Source of the DNA: Trichonephila clavipes
Taxonomy: Eukaryota
Direction: 5' to 3'
Length of the DNA: 64,000 nucleotides
NCBI GenBank assembly: GCA_019973935.1
Contig: BMAU01016994.1
Location: 880,762 to 944,761, forward strand
Shown here one piece after another: positions 26,111-39,264 of this stretch. Position numbers and translations under genes: made by a program. The notes beneath the pieces are model-generated. The model was not told the origin of the DNA, made no database searches, and was given only the letters and a program-made list of their open reading frames with translations. Each line of letters begins with the position of its first letter. The stretch's first letter is position 1.

Positions 26111-29100
26111 CCTTTGGCTGTCATGCCACTGAGAAAGGAAGGATACTTTTAATATAGTTGAATTCTAAAATATATTTGTAAATTTCTAATTTATATGATG
26201 CAAACTTTACTCTTTCTCAATTCCTTTGATGATTATATATTTTGTTTTATATTTAAATTAACTGTACTTAAATACTATCTCCTGTTAACCATGATGATTG
26301 TTGCTTATCGAACAAAATCCAACCATTATGTTGGTCAGCAAGAATAGATTAAATTATAGAATTCATATAATACTAAAGAATCCCAAGTGCTCAATACATT
26401 TATTTGAATGAAAATAAAATTTAGAATAACAATGCTGATATTTTAAGAAATCCTAAATTTTATCGAAGAGAATGTGTAGGTTTTTATGATGTAAAATTAA
26501 AATAATGCCTATTTGGTTGAGATATAACATTCTTTTTGCTGCTGTAATACTTAAGATCTAATTAGATGCATATATTTCCTCTTAATTTTAAAAATGTTCA
26601 CATGTTTGAAGTGAATGTTGAACTCTTAATTAATGGATATGGTAAATAAGTATTTCCACAGAGAGATGTTAATAAATTTCAGCATACAGATTTTCTGTGT
26701 AAGAGGCTTGTTTTATATATGTATATAAAATTATTAATTGTTTTAATCTGTATATATTTTATGGATGTTCTTTCCAAAAATACTGTTGGAACTCTATGTA
26801 ACGAAGTTGCTAAATCCCCCAAAAAAGTTCGTTATATAGAGGTTCATCTTTCAATTTTCCTTGTAAACCACATAAAACAAATTTTAAATTCATAAACACT
26901 GCATATTAAAAAAAGTAATTATTCACACCTTTTTGTAAATTAGTATCTATTTAATATATCTGGCCTATCAAAAAAAGAAAAACTGCAAGGAAAGTTTCAG
27001 GACACTTATCCGCTTCCTGAGGAATTGAATTTTTTTTCTTTGACGCTCAAGCACTTACTTTTTGACATTTTTGAGCTACAAGAAGCGAAGATACCAGTAC
27101 AACTGATTACATTCAAATGAACAGACTAGTTCAAGGACACAATACTCCATTGAGGGTAAAAGGGGATATTGAAAATGTTTCCAGTGAACTGAACAATGGG
27201 GGTTAAAGGTTGCACTTGGATTAAATGCCCAGAATTCTATTGCTCTCGGTGAGTTAGGCACCTAATAAAACCAGTTCAATTTATGACTACCATAAAATGT
27301 GTTTAAAGAGAGAATAACTTGAAATGTCCAGAAATAAAATTTAAAAATAGAGAGAAAAAGTTCATTATATAGAATGCTCACTTCACTATTGGGAGGTTAT
27401 TTCACAAAGAAAATCGTGAAATGTTCTTGGTTCCAGGAAAAAGTTCGCTATATAGAAAAATTTGCAATATGGAGATTTGACTGTATTTAGATCATTTTTC
27501 AATAACATATGGTCCTAAATATGTCATTTGGAATACTTTGATTGTTTTGGAAGTGTAGTTAATTCTGATGGGGTCCATTTTGGTAATTATTTACATGATA
27601 AAAGAAAAACTTTTCTGCTTGCTTCTTTAATTACATGTGAAAACTTTTTGGGATAATTCCTTATTAAGGGGATAAGAATATATTTTCATTATAACTAATT
27701 TGGTATATTTCTTACTGTTAAGCTTAATAATGCTTATTCAAGTATGCCAAATCAATTTGTTGTCTAAGGCTAGGTTATATTTGTCATGTATTTTAAAAAT
27801 TAGCACATTTCAGTATTGATAAAAATAAACATTTAATTATTCATCCTAGACACAAGAAAAAGATAGGGTGCAAATTCTAAAAAACATGGGGAGTCAATAC
27901 AATTTTACATCTTTTAAAAAAAATAATGGGACAAAATTAAATGTATGTTTCTTATTTGAAAATATGTATATTTCTTATTTTACATTTAAAACAATTTTTC
28001 AATGTTGGAACTACATTTGCATTAAAAAATTATCAAAACTTTAAAATTTTTATGAAAGTTGTCATGTCAAGAATTAACTTTTAATAATTTAATTCTATCC
28101 TGATGTACTTTAACCTCTCACCAAATTACAAGCAATAGCCTTTAATGCTTATAATTATTTATTTCATTCACTTAAACCTTATATTATACAGATTTCATTT
28201 TCGGATAAATTTGTATAAATTAATAATATTTAATTTTGCATTATATTTTATTTTTGACTGAGTAAATTATAAAAAAAAAAACTTGTAAGGTTAATGGTAT
28301 GTGATGCTGAATTTTATAAGGCAAGTAAAAAATTCAAAAGGTTTGCAGGGTTCTACACCATGTCAAATGTACTTAAGGATAATTTTGAAATTTTTATAAA
28401 GAATTTAAACTAAAAATTTACACAGAATATGTAAACTGCTATTTCTTTTGATTTGCTGTTATAGTTTTGAAAAGATTCATAAAACACAGTAGTCATTTAG
28501 TAAGGGCTATCGACCAAATCTACTATGTATTAAGGGAGGGGGAGAAATGTTGCCATACTAAGTGAACATTAAAACTCTTGAAAAATAACCTTTTTGAATA
28601 TCAGAATGTAGTAATTAGGTGTTTCAAATCTCATTTACAATTATATGAAAATGAACATTTTTAGTACAAATAATTTTATTTTAGGAAAGTAAAAAAGATA
28701 TTTGTCAGTGAGAGAGAGAGTGGACCTAGTATTAAAAGTCCATGAAAGGAGGGGTGGGGGTACCTTTTTTTGCAAAAGAAAAAAATTAATTTGAGAGTCA
28801 ATATAAGTTTATATAGACTATATATTAAAAAGCTATTACTTAAGAATTAGCCTAGTTTAACAGGTTTCTCGATTATTATTATTATTTATTTTTTTTTTTT
28901 TTGCTGACAAACGCTCTTACAGAGCATCCATAGCAGAAGAGGATTTAAGTTTTTCCAAGTTCTGTTTCTATTGACAGTACAGCTGAGTTTGATAGCCGAT
29001 TTTATCTTAACTGAAGCTCATAGATAATTTAGCTTGAAAAACTTCTTTCAGTTGTTGAGACCGGAAAGGTAAAAAATAGCAAGCATGCTGTTATAACATC

Positions 29101-30333
29101 CGGAAAATTGCAGACGGCAGCTATTGAAATTAACAATAATTCTGTGAGCTCCTTGATAAAATGGATTTCCTCAATTTCAGATTTTAAACAACTTTTTGAA
29201 ACAATTGTTTTTCGATATTGTATGCTAAGTCCTTACCATATTCAGTCGCTAGTTTTGTAACTTTCATTTATTCCTTTGTTTGAAAAAGATAAAGAGTTTA
29301 ACTGGTAAGATTTCGAAAGTATTGAGATCCAGGAGACTCTAAAATATTTTTCGGGTTTGAAATATTAACACATTTATACAGCAATAATACACCAAGACTT
29401 GGAAAAACTGTTGAAATCTTGAAATCCTCATTTTCTGATAACTCGTCAAAAAAGAATTTTTTGTTCTCATTTTTGGAAGCAGGTGTTACACATCCCCATT
29501 TCTTTGCTAGATCCCGGACTCATTTAGCAAACAGCTGAATGAATTCTAATTTGTTGCTGCCAGCTTACTCAGAAGATTATTCACCAGAATAACTCCGTGA
29601 CGGCTTTAGAAATAAAGACAAAGGATGTTCAAGAACAAAGAAAGAAAAGTCAGAAACACACTATAAAATCATAAATAATATAGTAATTTTGTTTTTGCAT
29701 TTTTAAATTAAGCTTTAATTACTATTGAATAATTTTTACGAATAATTCGTCCTTTCCTGAAGACCATCTAATAGGGCATACTTTTTTAAGTATATCATTA
29801 TATTTCTTGAAAGAATTATTACTCAACATTGCTTGCTTAGCCTTTGCGCTATAACCAAAAAAAGTATATATTTTTTTAAAATAATTAAAAATTTGTGATT
29901 CGTTGGGAATGTGTTTCACAGCATCAAAAATTAAATTTAATGAGTGTGCTGCACCAAGAACATAATCGCCATTTAGCGCATACTCTTTTATGAGGGTTTG
30001 TTACCCTCCATACAGTGCCGATTTCAGCTCACTTCAGACCCTGGGTGCAGAAGATTTACAAGCTCCCTTGGCATTGGCGGATCTAAATTTATTACCAGAA
30101 AATCTGATTAACTACAGCTTATCTGGATAAATTGGCACTGCCTCTATATACTCCCAACTTAACACTTGCTCCATCATAACCTTGTCCCCTACATTTGCAC
30201 AAATCCATACCATATTTTTCAATTCCTACTATTAGCTTACACTCTCTATATATTTATCTTGGTGGAATTTTCAATTGTTAATAAAATACATTTTAAAGCG
30301 CTCAATTGAGCTGAAATTTTATACACATGATTA

Positions 30334-32210
30334 TAAAGTTAAGACTAACAAAGCAGCAGGTATTGACCGCATGCTAAAGCACCTACCGCTAATCCCTATC
30401 TTTGAACTAACAAATATAATTCATAATATAATTAATATTGGATATTTCCCGATTGCATGGAAAACCGCAACAGTCATCCCCTTACTGAAACTCGGAAAGT
30501 TTTCGCCCGATCGCGCTCCTCTCCATTCTCGGCAAAGTAGCCGAGAAAATTATATTGAATAGATTGCACCACCATGTGGACACAAACAATCTCCTCATAC
30601 CGGAACAACACGGATTCCGACCTGACCTATCAACCACCCACCAACTCTTAAGAGTGGTGGAAACGATAAAGTCAGGGTTCAAAAATCGACTGGTGCGGTT
30701 TTCCTAGATATTCAAAAAGCCTTCGACCGTGTTTGGCGAGGCCTCCTCTTTAAATTAATTAAATATAATTTCCCACCCCCATTGATCAAACTTATATCTT
30801 CCTATCTAGCTGACAGAAATTTTTCTGTTAGAGAATTAATGATGCCTACTCCAGCCACGGAAGCGGGCGTGGCGCAGGCAACTTTAATTTCCCCCTCTTA
30901 TTTAATATTTACGTGAACGACATTCCGACTCACGACAACACAATTTTATGCATGTTCGCAGTCGACACAGCAATTTTGGCATCCCACACTGAACCCAAAC
31001 TCGCTGCCAGAGCGATCAACAGACACCTCCTAGATGTAGAAGACTGGTTCTCCAAATGAAAAAAATGCCCTTAATGTGGCAAAAACGGAAGCAGTCTTCT
31101 TCACTAGAAAAACACGCTTAACATATCCAGATATTTTCCTACACAACGAAAAAATTCCTTGGTCTCAGAACACCAAATACCTTGGTGTTACGTTAGATAA
31201 CAAACTCACTTTTAAACAACACGTTACACGCATACGTGGGGACTTCATCAAGAAAGCTCACACGTTATCCCACCTAATTAACAAAAGATCTAAATTAAGT
31301 AGATCAAATAAATTGCTTATTTATACTCTACTTCTAAGACCAATCCTAACTTACGTCTCTCCAGTGTGGAGTTTCGCAACTAAAACAAACATACAAAAAC
31401 TCGAAATAATCCAGAACAAAACACTGAGACGCATTCTATGTGCCAAATGGTACATGAGAAACTCTGCTCTCAGAAAAGCTATTAAATTTAAAACCATTAG
31501 AGAATTCATGAAAAAACTAGCAAAAAATGTCTTTACAAAAACAAATAACTCAGGCAATATCTCGATCCAAAAGATCGAGAAGTACACTCCAACGAGGCTC
31601 ATGCACAGACCCAGAAACATTCTAATTGATTAACAATCTTTTATTTAAAAAACAGCACTTTTCAAAAATTTTTCACTCCAATTTCATTCATTGCACATAA
31701 TTCATGAACAAAAATCAGTCAAACTTCACGAAACCCATCCACCAATCGGAGAGCGCCTTTGACCAGTACGGACTCTGGCAGCCTCCGATCCCGCACACGG
31801 CGATGGAACCACTCCCGGGACCGAAGTCATTTCATTAACACAACGACCAATCAGGAAGCACCCCCTCGCAACGCGGGAGAGAGCAGACGAACTCATTTTT
31901 CTACACACAACACAAACATGAAAAGCTGCCTCCCCATTGGACAGGCGACCAGCCATCCCGAGGCCCCCATTGGCAGAGGGAAATACAAGCTAAAGTAAAA
32001 AATCTCTAACTCAGTAAATGTAATTTTAACTATTTTTTCAATATTTTAAACATATAAATTAAGAATTCTTTTATCTTTCTCTAAATTATTAATTTCTTAA
32101 AACCTCTAAAATAAAATGGGCAAAATAATTAAGTTATTATGTTTTTAAATTCACCAGACAAGAGATAAAAGCCCTAGCGGGCTAAGTGTCTAGGAACTCA
32201 ACCCAGCTAA
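30334..32210 (+). mobile_element. 5'-truncated LINE (Jockey/R1-like RT and 3' UTR) inserted into a satellite array
   Basis: RT translation KVKTNKAAGIDRMLKHLP...FPIAWKTATVIPLLKLGK...AVFLDIQKAFDRVWRGLLFKL...YLADRNFSV...; ORF 31076-31633 is the RT C-terminus; a GC-rich 3' UTR follows. Flanked by a 9-bp target-site duplication acatgatta (30325-30333 and 32211-32219). No poly(A) tail. Confidence 0.7.
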
Positions 32211-32620
32211 ACATGATTATTTTGGATAGTAATGCAGTAATTTAATTATAATTAATAAAAATTAATTGATTAAAACTAATTATTCAAAGAATTACAAATA
32301 CAGCCACGTTGGCATCATTTTCGGCGACTTGTGTCAAAACTTGAAAAGGTTTTTTTCTCACATTTTAAAGCGCTCATTTGAGCTGAAATTTCCTATTCAC
32401 CATTGTTTTGAGTAAAAATAGGATAATTTAATTAAAATTAATTTTAACTGAATATAATTATTTAAATAATTACAAATACACAGCCACGTTGGTTTCATTT
32501 TTAGCCACTTGGGTCAAAATTTCAGAAGATATTTTTTCTCACGTTTTAAAGCATTCAGTTGAACTGAAATTTTATGTACACGATTGTTTTGGATGGCAAT
32601 ACGATACTTTAATGATAATT
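32211..32620. repeat. Satellite-like tandem repeat, about 185-bp monomer, 2+ units; a further partial monomer at about 30285-30333 to the left of the LINE insertion
   Basis: Monomers at 32240-32420 and 32430-32610 are about 85% identical. The motif ttttaaagcgctcaattgagctgaaatttt recurs at 30290, 32360 and 32540. The monomer sequence is continuous across the LINE insertion site (...cacatgatta | ttttggatag...). Confidence 0.55.
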
Positions 32621-33224
32621 AATAAAAATTAACTACCATTTAATGTTGTGATTCTGTCATATCTATATACATATTTATATTAATTGTAACTATTTAATAA
32701 AAAGTAGCAAAATAAAGTTTTTCTTTGTTGATGTAGGAATTGACTTAATTTTTTTATATTACTTGTTGTATTGCTTTTAAAATTCTAGTTTTAAGCCCTT
32801 GGGCACTGCAATCAGCTATTGACGTAAATCCCACAAAAAGGACTTCGCAGATTCTAATTTCTTTAGATGCATAATTTTCTTTCATCATGATGTGTCGAAA
32901 AACTACAAGTAAATGTACACAATTAACATGAATTTTTATCATTTGGAATCATGGCCAATATTTCACCAAAAAGTAACTTTCTAATTAAATATCTCTTGCA
33001 TTTCGCATATCCATTGCAACCCAGTTATTAAAAAATAGAGCCGAGAACTAATATGCTGCCGTGGTTTTTCATGGTTAGTAATATTTTATGTAAAACTGTT
33101 TGTAACAGGAGCACCATTAATCCATGTGGATGAACAAGATTTGCTTTGACGATCTGTAACAACCAACAGAAATGGCTATATGGTTTGCTTAAAATAACTG
33201 AATAACATAACTATGGACTTAATC

Positions 33225-33345
33225 ACTGGCGTAGCAAGTTGTGAGTGGGCCCCGTATCAAAACTCCTTCGGAGCCCTTTTTTAGAAAAGAAAGCCCTGTT
33301 AGTGGTACTGTAGTTACACAGGTTGGGGCCCCGTATCATTAATAC
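33225..33345 (-). repeat. Fragment of a dispersed repeat family shared with the interior of the 8054-8892 hAT element and 61036-61165
   Basis: ggcgtagcaagttgtgagtgggccccgtatcaaaactcc is the reverse complement of 61100-61160 (ggagttttgataccaggcctacttcagactagctacgcc) and related to 8700-8760. Confidence 0.4.
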
Positions 33346-33559
33346 GCCCCTGGTTTTAAAACCTTTATACCAGCCTTGTTCAAATGTGAATAATGAAAAC
33401 TTGAAAAGTATCGCTTTGATACTGGATCCTTTGGAAATGGTCTTTGAGGCTTAAATGGGCCCAATTTGAAAATTATTTTTCGTTTGGATTTTGTAATAAT
33501 ATATATAAAGCTGTTTCTATATAAAGAGTGTTTTTTTTTCAGGTATAGAAGTTTAAGTT

Positions 33560-34265
33560 GGCATTACTTTCCAAGATGGCGACCGATTTAACAGCTGTCA
33601 AGTGATTTATTCTCAGTTTGGTTTGGCAATTCATCAAAACGATCATCAAGCAAGGCGTAGATTCGTCGAATGGGCCCAAAACGAGATTGCCGTTGTTCCC
33701 GATCTTCATAAGCGAATTTTGTTTAGCGATGAAGCGCACTTCTGGTTGAATGGCTACGTCAACAAACAAAACCGCCGCATTTGGAGTGAAGCTAATCCAC
33801 AAGTGTATGTCGAAACACCGTTACATCCAGAAAAACTGACTGTTTGGTGCGCTTTATGGGCTGGTGGAATCATTGGTCCATACTTCTTCAAAAACGATGA
33901 AGTCCACAACGTTACAGTCTGATGTCCAGGAGCTGTGGTTCCAACAAGACGGCGGCGCAACATGTCACACAGCTCGTGCCACAATCGATTTATTGAAAGA
34001 CACGTTTGGTGACCGCCTAATTTCACGTTTTGGACCTGTGAATTGGCCTCCAAGATCTTGTGATTTAACACCGCTAGACTATTTTCTGTGGGGCTATGTA
34101 AAGTCATTGGTCTATGCGGATAAGCCACAAACGCTTGACCATTTGGAAGACAACATTCGCCGTGTTATTGCCGATATACGGCCACAAATATTGGAAAAAG
34201 TCATCGAAAATTGGACGTCCAGATTGGACTACACCCGAGCCAGCCGTGGCAGTCATATGTCATAA
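33560..34265 (+). pseudogene. Tc1/mariner-superfamily transposase fragment (maT-like, DD37D), 5'-truncated with a frameshift near 33925
   Basis: ILFSDEAHFWLNGYVNKQNRRIW (first D), LWFQQDGGATCHTA (second D), and WPPRSCDLTPLDYFLWGYVKS (third D, 37 residues after the second), ending ...DYTRASRGSHMS*. The N-terminal roughly 150 aa are absent. Confidence 0.75.
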
Positions 34266-36575
34266 ATCATATTTAAAATGTAATGCCACAAGATTATCTT
34301 TCGAATAAAAAAATATTCATGTCAATCGAATAATACATCGTTGTTTTATTGCAATTTAAAGTTCTATACCTCTAAAAAAACATATATTCAAAATTACCTC
34401 TATTTGAAGAAGGTGTATTGTATTCTACATTTATCGTATTCTTTAGAATCTTCGTTAAATATTTCTATTTCTAGAGACTGGTCGATCATTTTCTTTTGAA
34501 AATACAAAATTAAATTACCGTATTTACTCGAATCTAAGCCGCACCTCCAATTCTCTACACATTTTTGAGAAAAAAAAATTAAAAATTGTGTAAAAAGTTC
34601 ATTAATAACCGATACGTAAGAATTTTTTTAAAAAAAATTTAATGAGAAATAATAAGTTGTTTATTTTATCAGCATTAAAAACTTTCAAATACGTACATGA
34701 ATATATAATTACTCTAACCGTTAGTATCATGTTTTGAAAATGATCCGCCTCTTCCAATGTCACATCTGACTCCTAAATTTGTGCCAGCATCGCCATTTAC
34801 CCACATGATGTCGTCTTCCGTACCATCCAATGCATTTATTATGCAACATTTTTTATGGAATGTATTATAGAAGAATGTATAAGAATTTTTAAACACTGTT
34901 GATCATTTGTAAGCAAAAACCATATCATTTTGTTTACGCCATCGACGTATATTTGTTTCATCTGTGTCAAATGGACTATCTATACGACAGGCAAGCACCA
35001 AGTAAGTAATCACGTGATTCCGGCTGCAATATCCACACGTGTTTATTCATAACGGGGACTTTCCTATAACTAATTAAAAATGTATGATATCATTGTATTT
35101 TTTGCATTATTCTAGTATATGTATTTGTGTTAGGAAATATATTTTTAACAAATCTTTTATATAATTTTTGCTTTATTCTAATTTATTTATCTAATAAGGT
35201 ATTCGCCTGCTTCGTTAGTATTATCTGGTTAGTGTTAGCTGGGATATTTATTTATAGTTCTTGATACACTTAGATATAGCTTAGTTATTTTAGTTATTAA
35301 TTAAATTTGACTTAACCTTTTTTTTTTATCATCCCTCGTAATTATGGATATTTTTTAGTGATTTTATAGATGCATCTGTTTCACAATGGAAAGCTTTTTG
35401 AAGTAATTTGGCACATAAAATATTTTAGTTGATATGGAAGTATTTGATTCATCTGACGAAAATTAAATTTTTACAACTTCATGATTGCTTATTTTATAAC
35501 AGTATGACTGACCAGTGTCATATATTTAAAATGATCCAGTAATTTTGGGGTTTGATTTGTCAATCAAGTTTTTAAATTTTTTTCTTTGTACTTGTATACT
35601 ACTAGTTGGTGTACCCGTTCTCCACACAGGTGTGAATTTATATATATCGAAAATGTGCTATGCATGACTTTTCTCATTTTTTTCCTATACTTCAGTATAT
35701 ATTTAGAGATGAAAAGTAACAATTTTCTATAAAATATATTATATTTACATCAAGTTTGCCTACCTGCACTTAAAGTTCAAATGAATATTTTATTTAATTG
35801 TCGATCAGTTATTTGATGAAAAAGAATTTTATTTTTACAATATATGTTGCATATAAATACTTTACAATATTATGAAGCATTTGAAGATGTTTGAAATTAT
35901 TCTAATAAAATAACATTCTCCATCTCTGACTGTGATTTATTTACTAATTATCCTTTAAAAGTGTTTTGAAATTTTTTTAGAAATGACTTAAAATAATAAA
36001 AGAAAATACTATTTAACTATTAAGTTAAAGAAATGAATCATGTTAATATATAATTTTTAAGAAATATTCAATGTAATATGATTATCCATTATTATGAGTT
36101 ATTGAACTGCATATAAAGTGCATAATCAGGGCTAATAATTAACTAAATAATTATAATGAGTTATTTCTACATGTATTAACTATTTTTATATTTTTCTCTA
36201 AGTTTCAGTTAATATAGCAAGTGCTGAGAGCCGTTTCAGCATATTAAAATTAATAAAAAGTTACATTCAATCATGCATGTGTACAGAAAGCTTAAATGCA
36301 CTTGCTATGTTAAGCATCGAAAAAAATGCAAAAAAGTTAATTTTTCTGAAAATAACACGCAATAAATAAGCATGGGTATGCGACACTTGGATTACAAATT
36401 AAAATTAATGCGAGTATGAACTATATTAAAAATATTATTTTTTTTTCTTCATATAAAGTGCCTATAACATGTTGATATAATTTTTTTAAATTATACAATA
36501 TTAAGGGAATGTATCATCAGAAAAGGTGCAGTAAATTTCAGAAAAGCAATTTAATTATCCTCAGTTTTAAATATA

Positions 36576-37305
36576 TTGCTGCGTTTTCGGGGGTTCGAAA
36601 TGATTGAAGCCGAAGAGCGGGATCCAAAACAATTTTATTCTTTGCCAAAACAGTCCTCCACAAATTGTAGAACAGGTCGAGAAAGTCACGTACAATCGAT
36701 GAAAATACTGATAACACAGATGCAATACACTAACAAAAACAATAGTAAACACTCAGCACAAAAATAATAACTCAATAAAAGCAATAACACACGCACTATG
36801 CAATCGTCTCTCTCAAGCAGAGAGGTATCACTTGCATGAAAGCTGAGATCTGACTAACTGACTAGCCGGCCCGGGCCCTTTTATACCTTTCGGTCAGAAA
36901 CCTCTTGCACTTGCCAGAATAATCTAGAAATAGAAAGGTCTAGAAAAATCCGGAGCGTACGAGAAAAGCTCAATACATAGTGTTACAATACCGCGATAGG
37001 GTTGCCAGACAGGGTTATTAGGAGCAGGGTTGCCATGGTCGCCAAGCTTATCGCCCACATTTGGCGACATATCGCCAAATTTGGCGCTAAAAATTAAGTC
37101 GCCAAATCCGTCGCCAACTTGGCGCTAGCTGCAATATTTGGCGAGTTTACCATTTAAACCAATGTTAAAGCATGGGGGCCGTGCAATGCAGTGGAAATGA
37201 TATTACAGGTAAACAGGGTTAAAATCACATTAGATACGACAAATTAAACTGTAAAAATGAACACAAATGAGTAGAAACAATTAGAATAAGACTAAATTCG
37301 TAACA
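36576..37305 (-). repeat. 3' LTR of the gypsy element
   Basis: See 5' LTR. Differences: tgctgc/tgttgc at the first bases, one CT unit in (CT)n near 36815, and gcta/gcca at 37088. Confidence 0.9.
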
Positions 37306-37319
37306 TTGCCCCCTCTCAA
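37306..37319 (-). other. Polypurine tract (GAGAGGGGGCAA) immediately upstream of the 3' LTR
   Basis: The reverse complement of 37306-37319 is cttgagagggggcaa, abutting the LTR TG. Confidence 0.5.
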
Positions 37320-37588
37320 GAACTGCACGTCCCGGGCAGTACAACCCTTCATCAGACGTTAACATAATAATAAAGCAATTGATTAAAAACAATTAAATGA
37401 ATATGCAATAATAAACATGTAATACATAGTACAAAATAAACACCTAATGCATAGTACAAAATAAACACGTAATGCATAGTAGAAAATAAACACTTACAAA
37501 ACAATATACAAAATTATTTACAAGATTATTTACACACTAACTTATTTATACAAGACCATGGTCAAAATAAATTACACGATAATTGACA

Positions 37589-38827
37589 CTAAGAATTATG
37601 GCCATAATATGGAGCAAGCCTGTCGTAATGAACGACTCTAGGCTTCGAATTCGTTGACTTACGGATCCGGATTACGACGTCGTTTATTATCTTTAAAATT
37701 GTATAAGGACCGTCCCAATGCGATTGTAGCTTAGGAGAAAGTCCTTTGCGTCGAGTCGGGTTGTAGAACCACACCTTGTCACCTTCCTTGAATTGATGTC
37801 CTGTGGCTTTTGTGTCATACCGAGTCTTCATCTTCTCCGTCCTCAGGTTGATCCGTTCTCGAGCCAAATGGTGTACATCTTCAAAACGTGCCTGGAGATT
37901 CTGCACGTACTCCTCAGGCGATGAAGGTGTATCCGGAGGGCGACCAAACAGCAGGTCACAAGGGAGACGAAGATCTCGGCCAAAAAGCATCTGGGATGGT
38001 ACATATCCGGTAGTCTCGTGAACGGCGCTGCGGTACGCTAGCAGAAAGAGAGGAACTTTCTGGTCCCAGTCTTGTTGGTTCTTGGAGACCATCAGTGAGA
38101 GGTTATTCAGGATGGTACGATTAAACCTCTCCACCATGCCATCTGACTGTGGGTGCAAAGGTGTGGTCTTGGTCTTGTCAATTCCGAGTAGTTCACAGAC
38201 CCCCTTCAATACCGCAGAGACGAAATTTCTTCCCTGATCGGAATGAAGTTGAAGAGGTACCCCATATCTCGATATCCAGTGCTGCACTACAGCCTCCGCT
38301 ACGGTGGGGGCTTCCTGATCCGGAATGGGGTACACTTCGGGCCATTTCGTGAAGTAGTCCATGACAACAAGTAGGTACTTATTACCAGACGCAGTCCTTG
38401 GCAGAGGTCCCTGGATATCGAAAGCGATACGTTCGAAGGGTGCTCCAACATTGTAGCGATGCAGCTTCCCTCGGCTACGTATCTTTGGCCCCTTCCGAGC
38501 TGAACAGGCATCACAGGACTTGCACCACTGTTCCACGTCAGCTCTCACTTTACCCCAGAAGAATCGCTCTCGAACTCGGTGCAAAGTTTTCATGACACCG
38601 AAATGACCTCCTGTTGGGCTGCCATGCAATTCTTTGAGTACCTCTGGGATACGATATCGAGGAAGTACTAATTGCCACCTGAATGTCTTTCCATCCTCTG
38701 ATTCGAATTTTCGGTATAGAACACCCTTCCTGAGATGTAGAGAATTCCAGAGGGCCCAATACTGCTTAGTTGTAGGACTATAAGCCGAGATGTCCTGCCA
38801 ACTTGGTTTATTGCTGGAAGACTCCAT
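37589..38827 (-). CDS. pol segment: integrase (DDE core plus chromodomain-like C-terminus)
   Basis: HGSPTGGHFGVMKTLHRVRERFFWGKVRADVEQWCKSCDACSARKG...IAFDIQGPLPRTASGNKYLLVVMDYFTKWPEVYPIPDQEA...LHSDQGRNFVSAV...TPLHPQSDGMVERFNRTI... (D,D35E). Confidence 0.85.
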   Translation of the reverse strand: MESSSNKPSWQDISAYSPTTKQYWALWNSLHLRKGVLYRKFESEDGKTFRWQLVLPRYRIPEVLKELHGSPTGGHFGVMKTLHRVRERFFWGKVRADVEQWCKSCDACSARKGPKIRSRGKLHRYNVGAPFERIAFDIQGPLPRTASGNKYLLVVMDYFTKWPEVYPIPDQEAPTVAEAVVQHWISRYGVPLQLHSDQGRNFVSAVLKGVCELLGIDKTKTTPLHPQSDGMVERFNRTILNNLSLMVSKNQQDWDQKVPLFLLAYRSAVHETTGYVPSQMLFGRDLRLPCDLLFGRPPDTPSSPEEYVQNLQARFEDVHHLARERINLRTEKMKTRYDTKATGHQFKEGDKVWFYNPTRRKGLSPKLQSHWDGPYTILKIINDVVIRIRKSTNSKPRVVHYDRLAPYYGHNS

Positions 38828-38832
38828 AAACT

Positions 38833-39264
38833 CTATAAGGGTTTAATATCAGGATCCGCCATCTGGTCTTCTCGAACTTTCTCGTCACTCCAGGGATCGG
38901 GTGGCGTCGCTGTTGAAGTTGTTATCTGGCGTATAGCATAGTCATATTTGGTCTCTACTCTGGAACAATGACGACAATTTTCTGGGCATGGTCTTCTTGA
39001 AAGGGCATCAGCATTTCCATGCGAGGAGCCTTTACGATGTCTGATGTCAAAGTAATACTCGTTGAGCCGTTGTATCCATCTGGCTACCTGGCCTTCAGTA
39101 TTTCTAAAATTCATTAGCCAGGTTAAAGAGGCATGATCGGTACGTAGAAGAAATTTTTGGCCATAGAGATAGTGATGGAAATGCTCGATGGCTTTCACAA
39201 TAGCCAGTAGCTCTTTTCGAGTGACACAATAATTTCTTTCCGGTTTCGATAAACACTTACTCAA
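38833..39264 (-). CDS. pol segment: RNase H C-terminal part and integrase zinc-finger (HHCC) region
   Basis: SKPERNYCVTRKELLAIVKAIEHFHHYLYGQKFLLRTDHASLTWLMNF... Confidence 0.75.
   Translation of the reverse strand: MSKCLSKPERNYCVTRKELLAIVKAIEHFHHYLYGQKFLLRTDHASLTWLMNFRNTEGQVARWIQRLNEYYFDIRHRKGSSHGNADALSRRPCPENCRHCSRVETKYDYAIRQITTSTATPPDPWSDEKVREDQMADPDIKPL

Noticed and set aside
31726-31998. Overlapping 76- and 79-aa ORFs on both strands
   Set aside because: Located in the GC-rich 3' UTR of the LINE, Arg/Ser/Pro-rich, with no homology. Spurious.
33539-33600. Possible 5' end or promoter of the mariner-like element (ccaagatggcgaccg motif)
   Set aside because: The transposase begins mid-domain here, with the N-terminal roughly 150 aa missing, and no inverted terminal repeat could be paired. 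It was treated as a truncation point rather than a true terminus.
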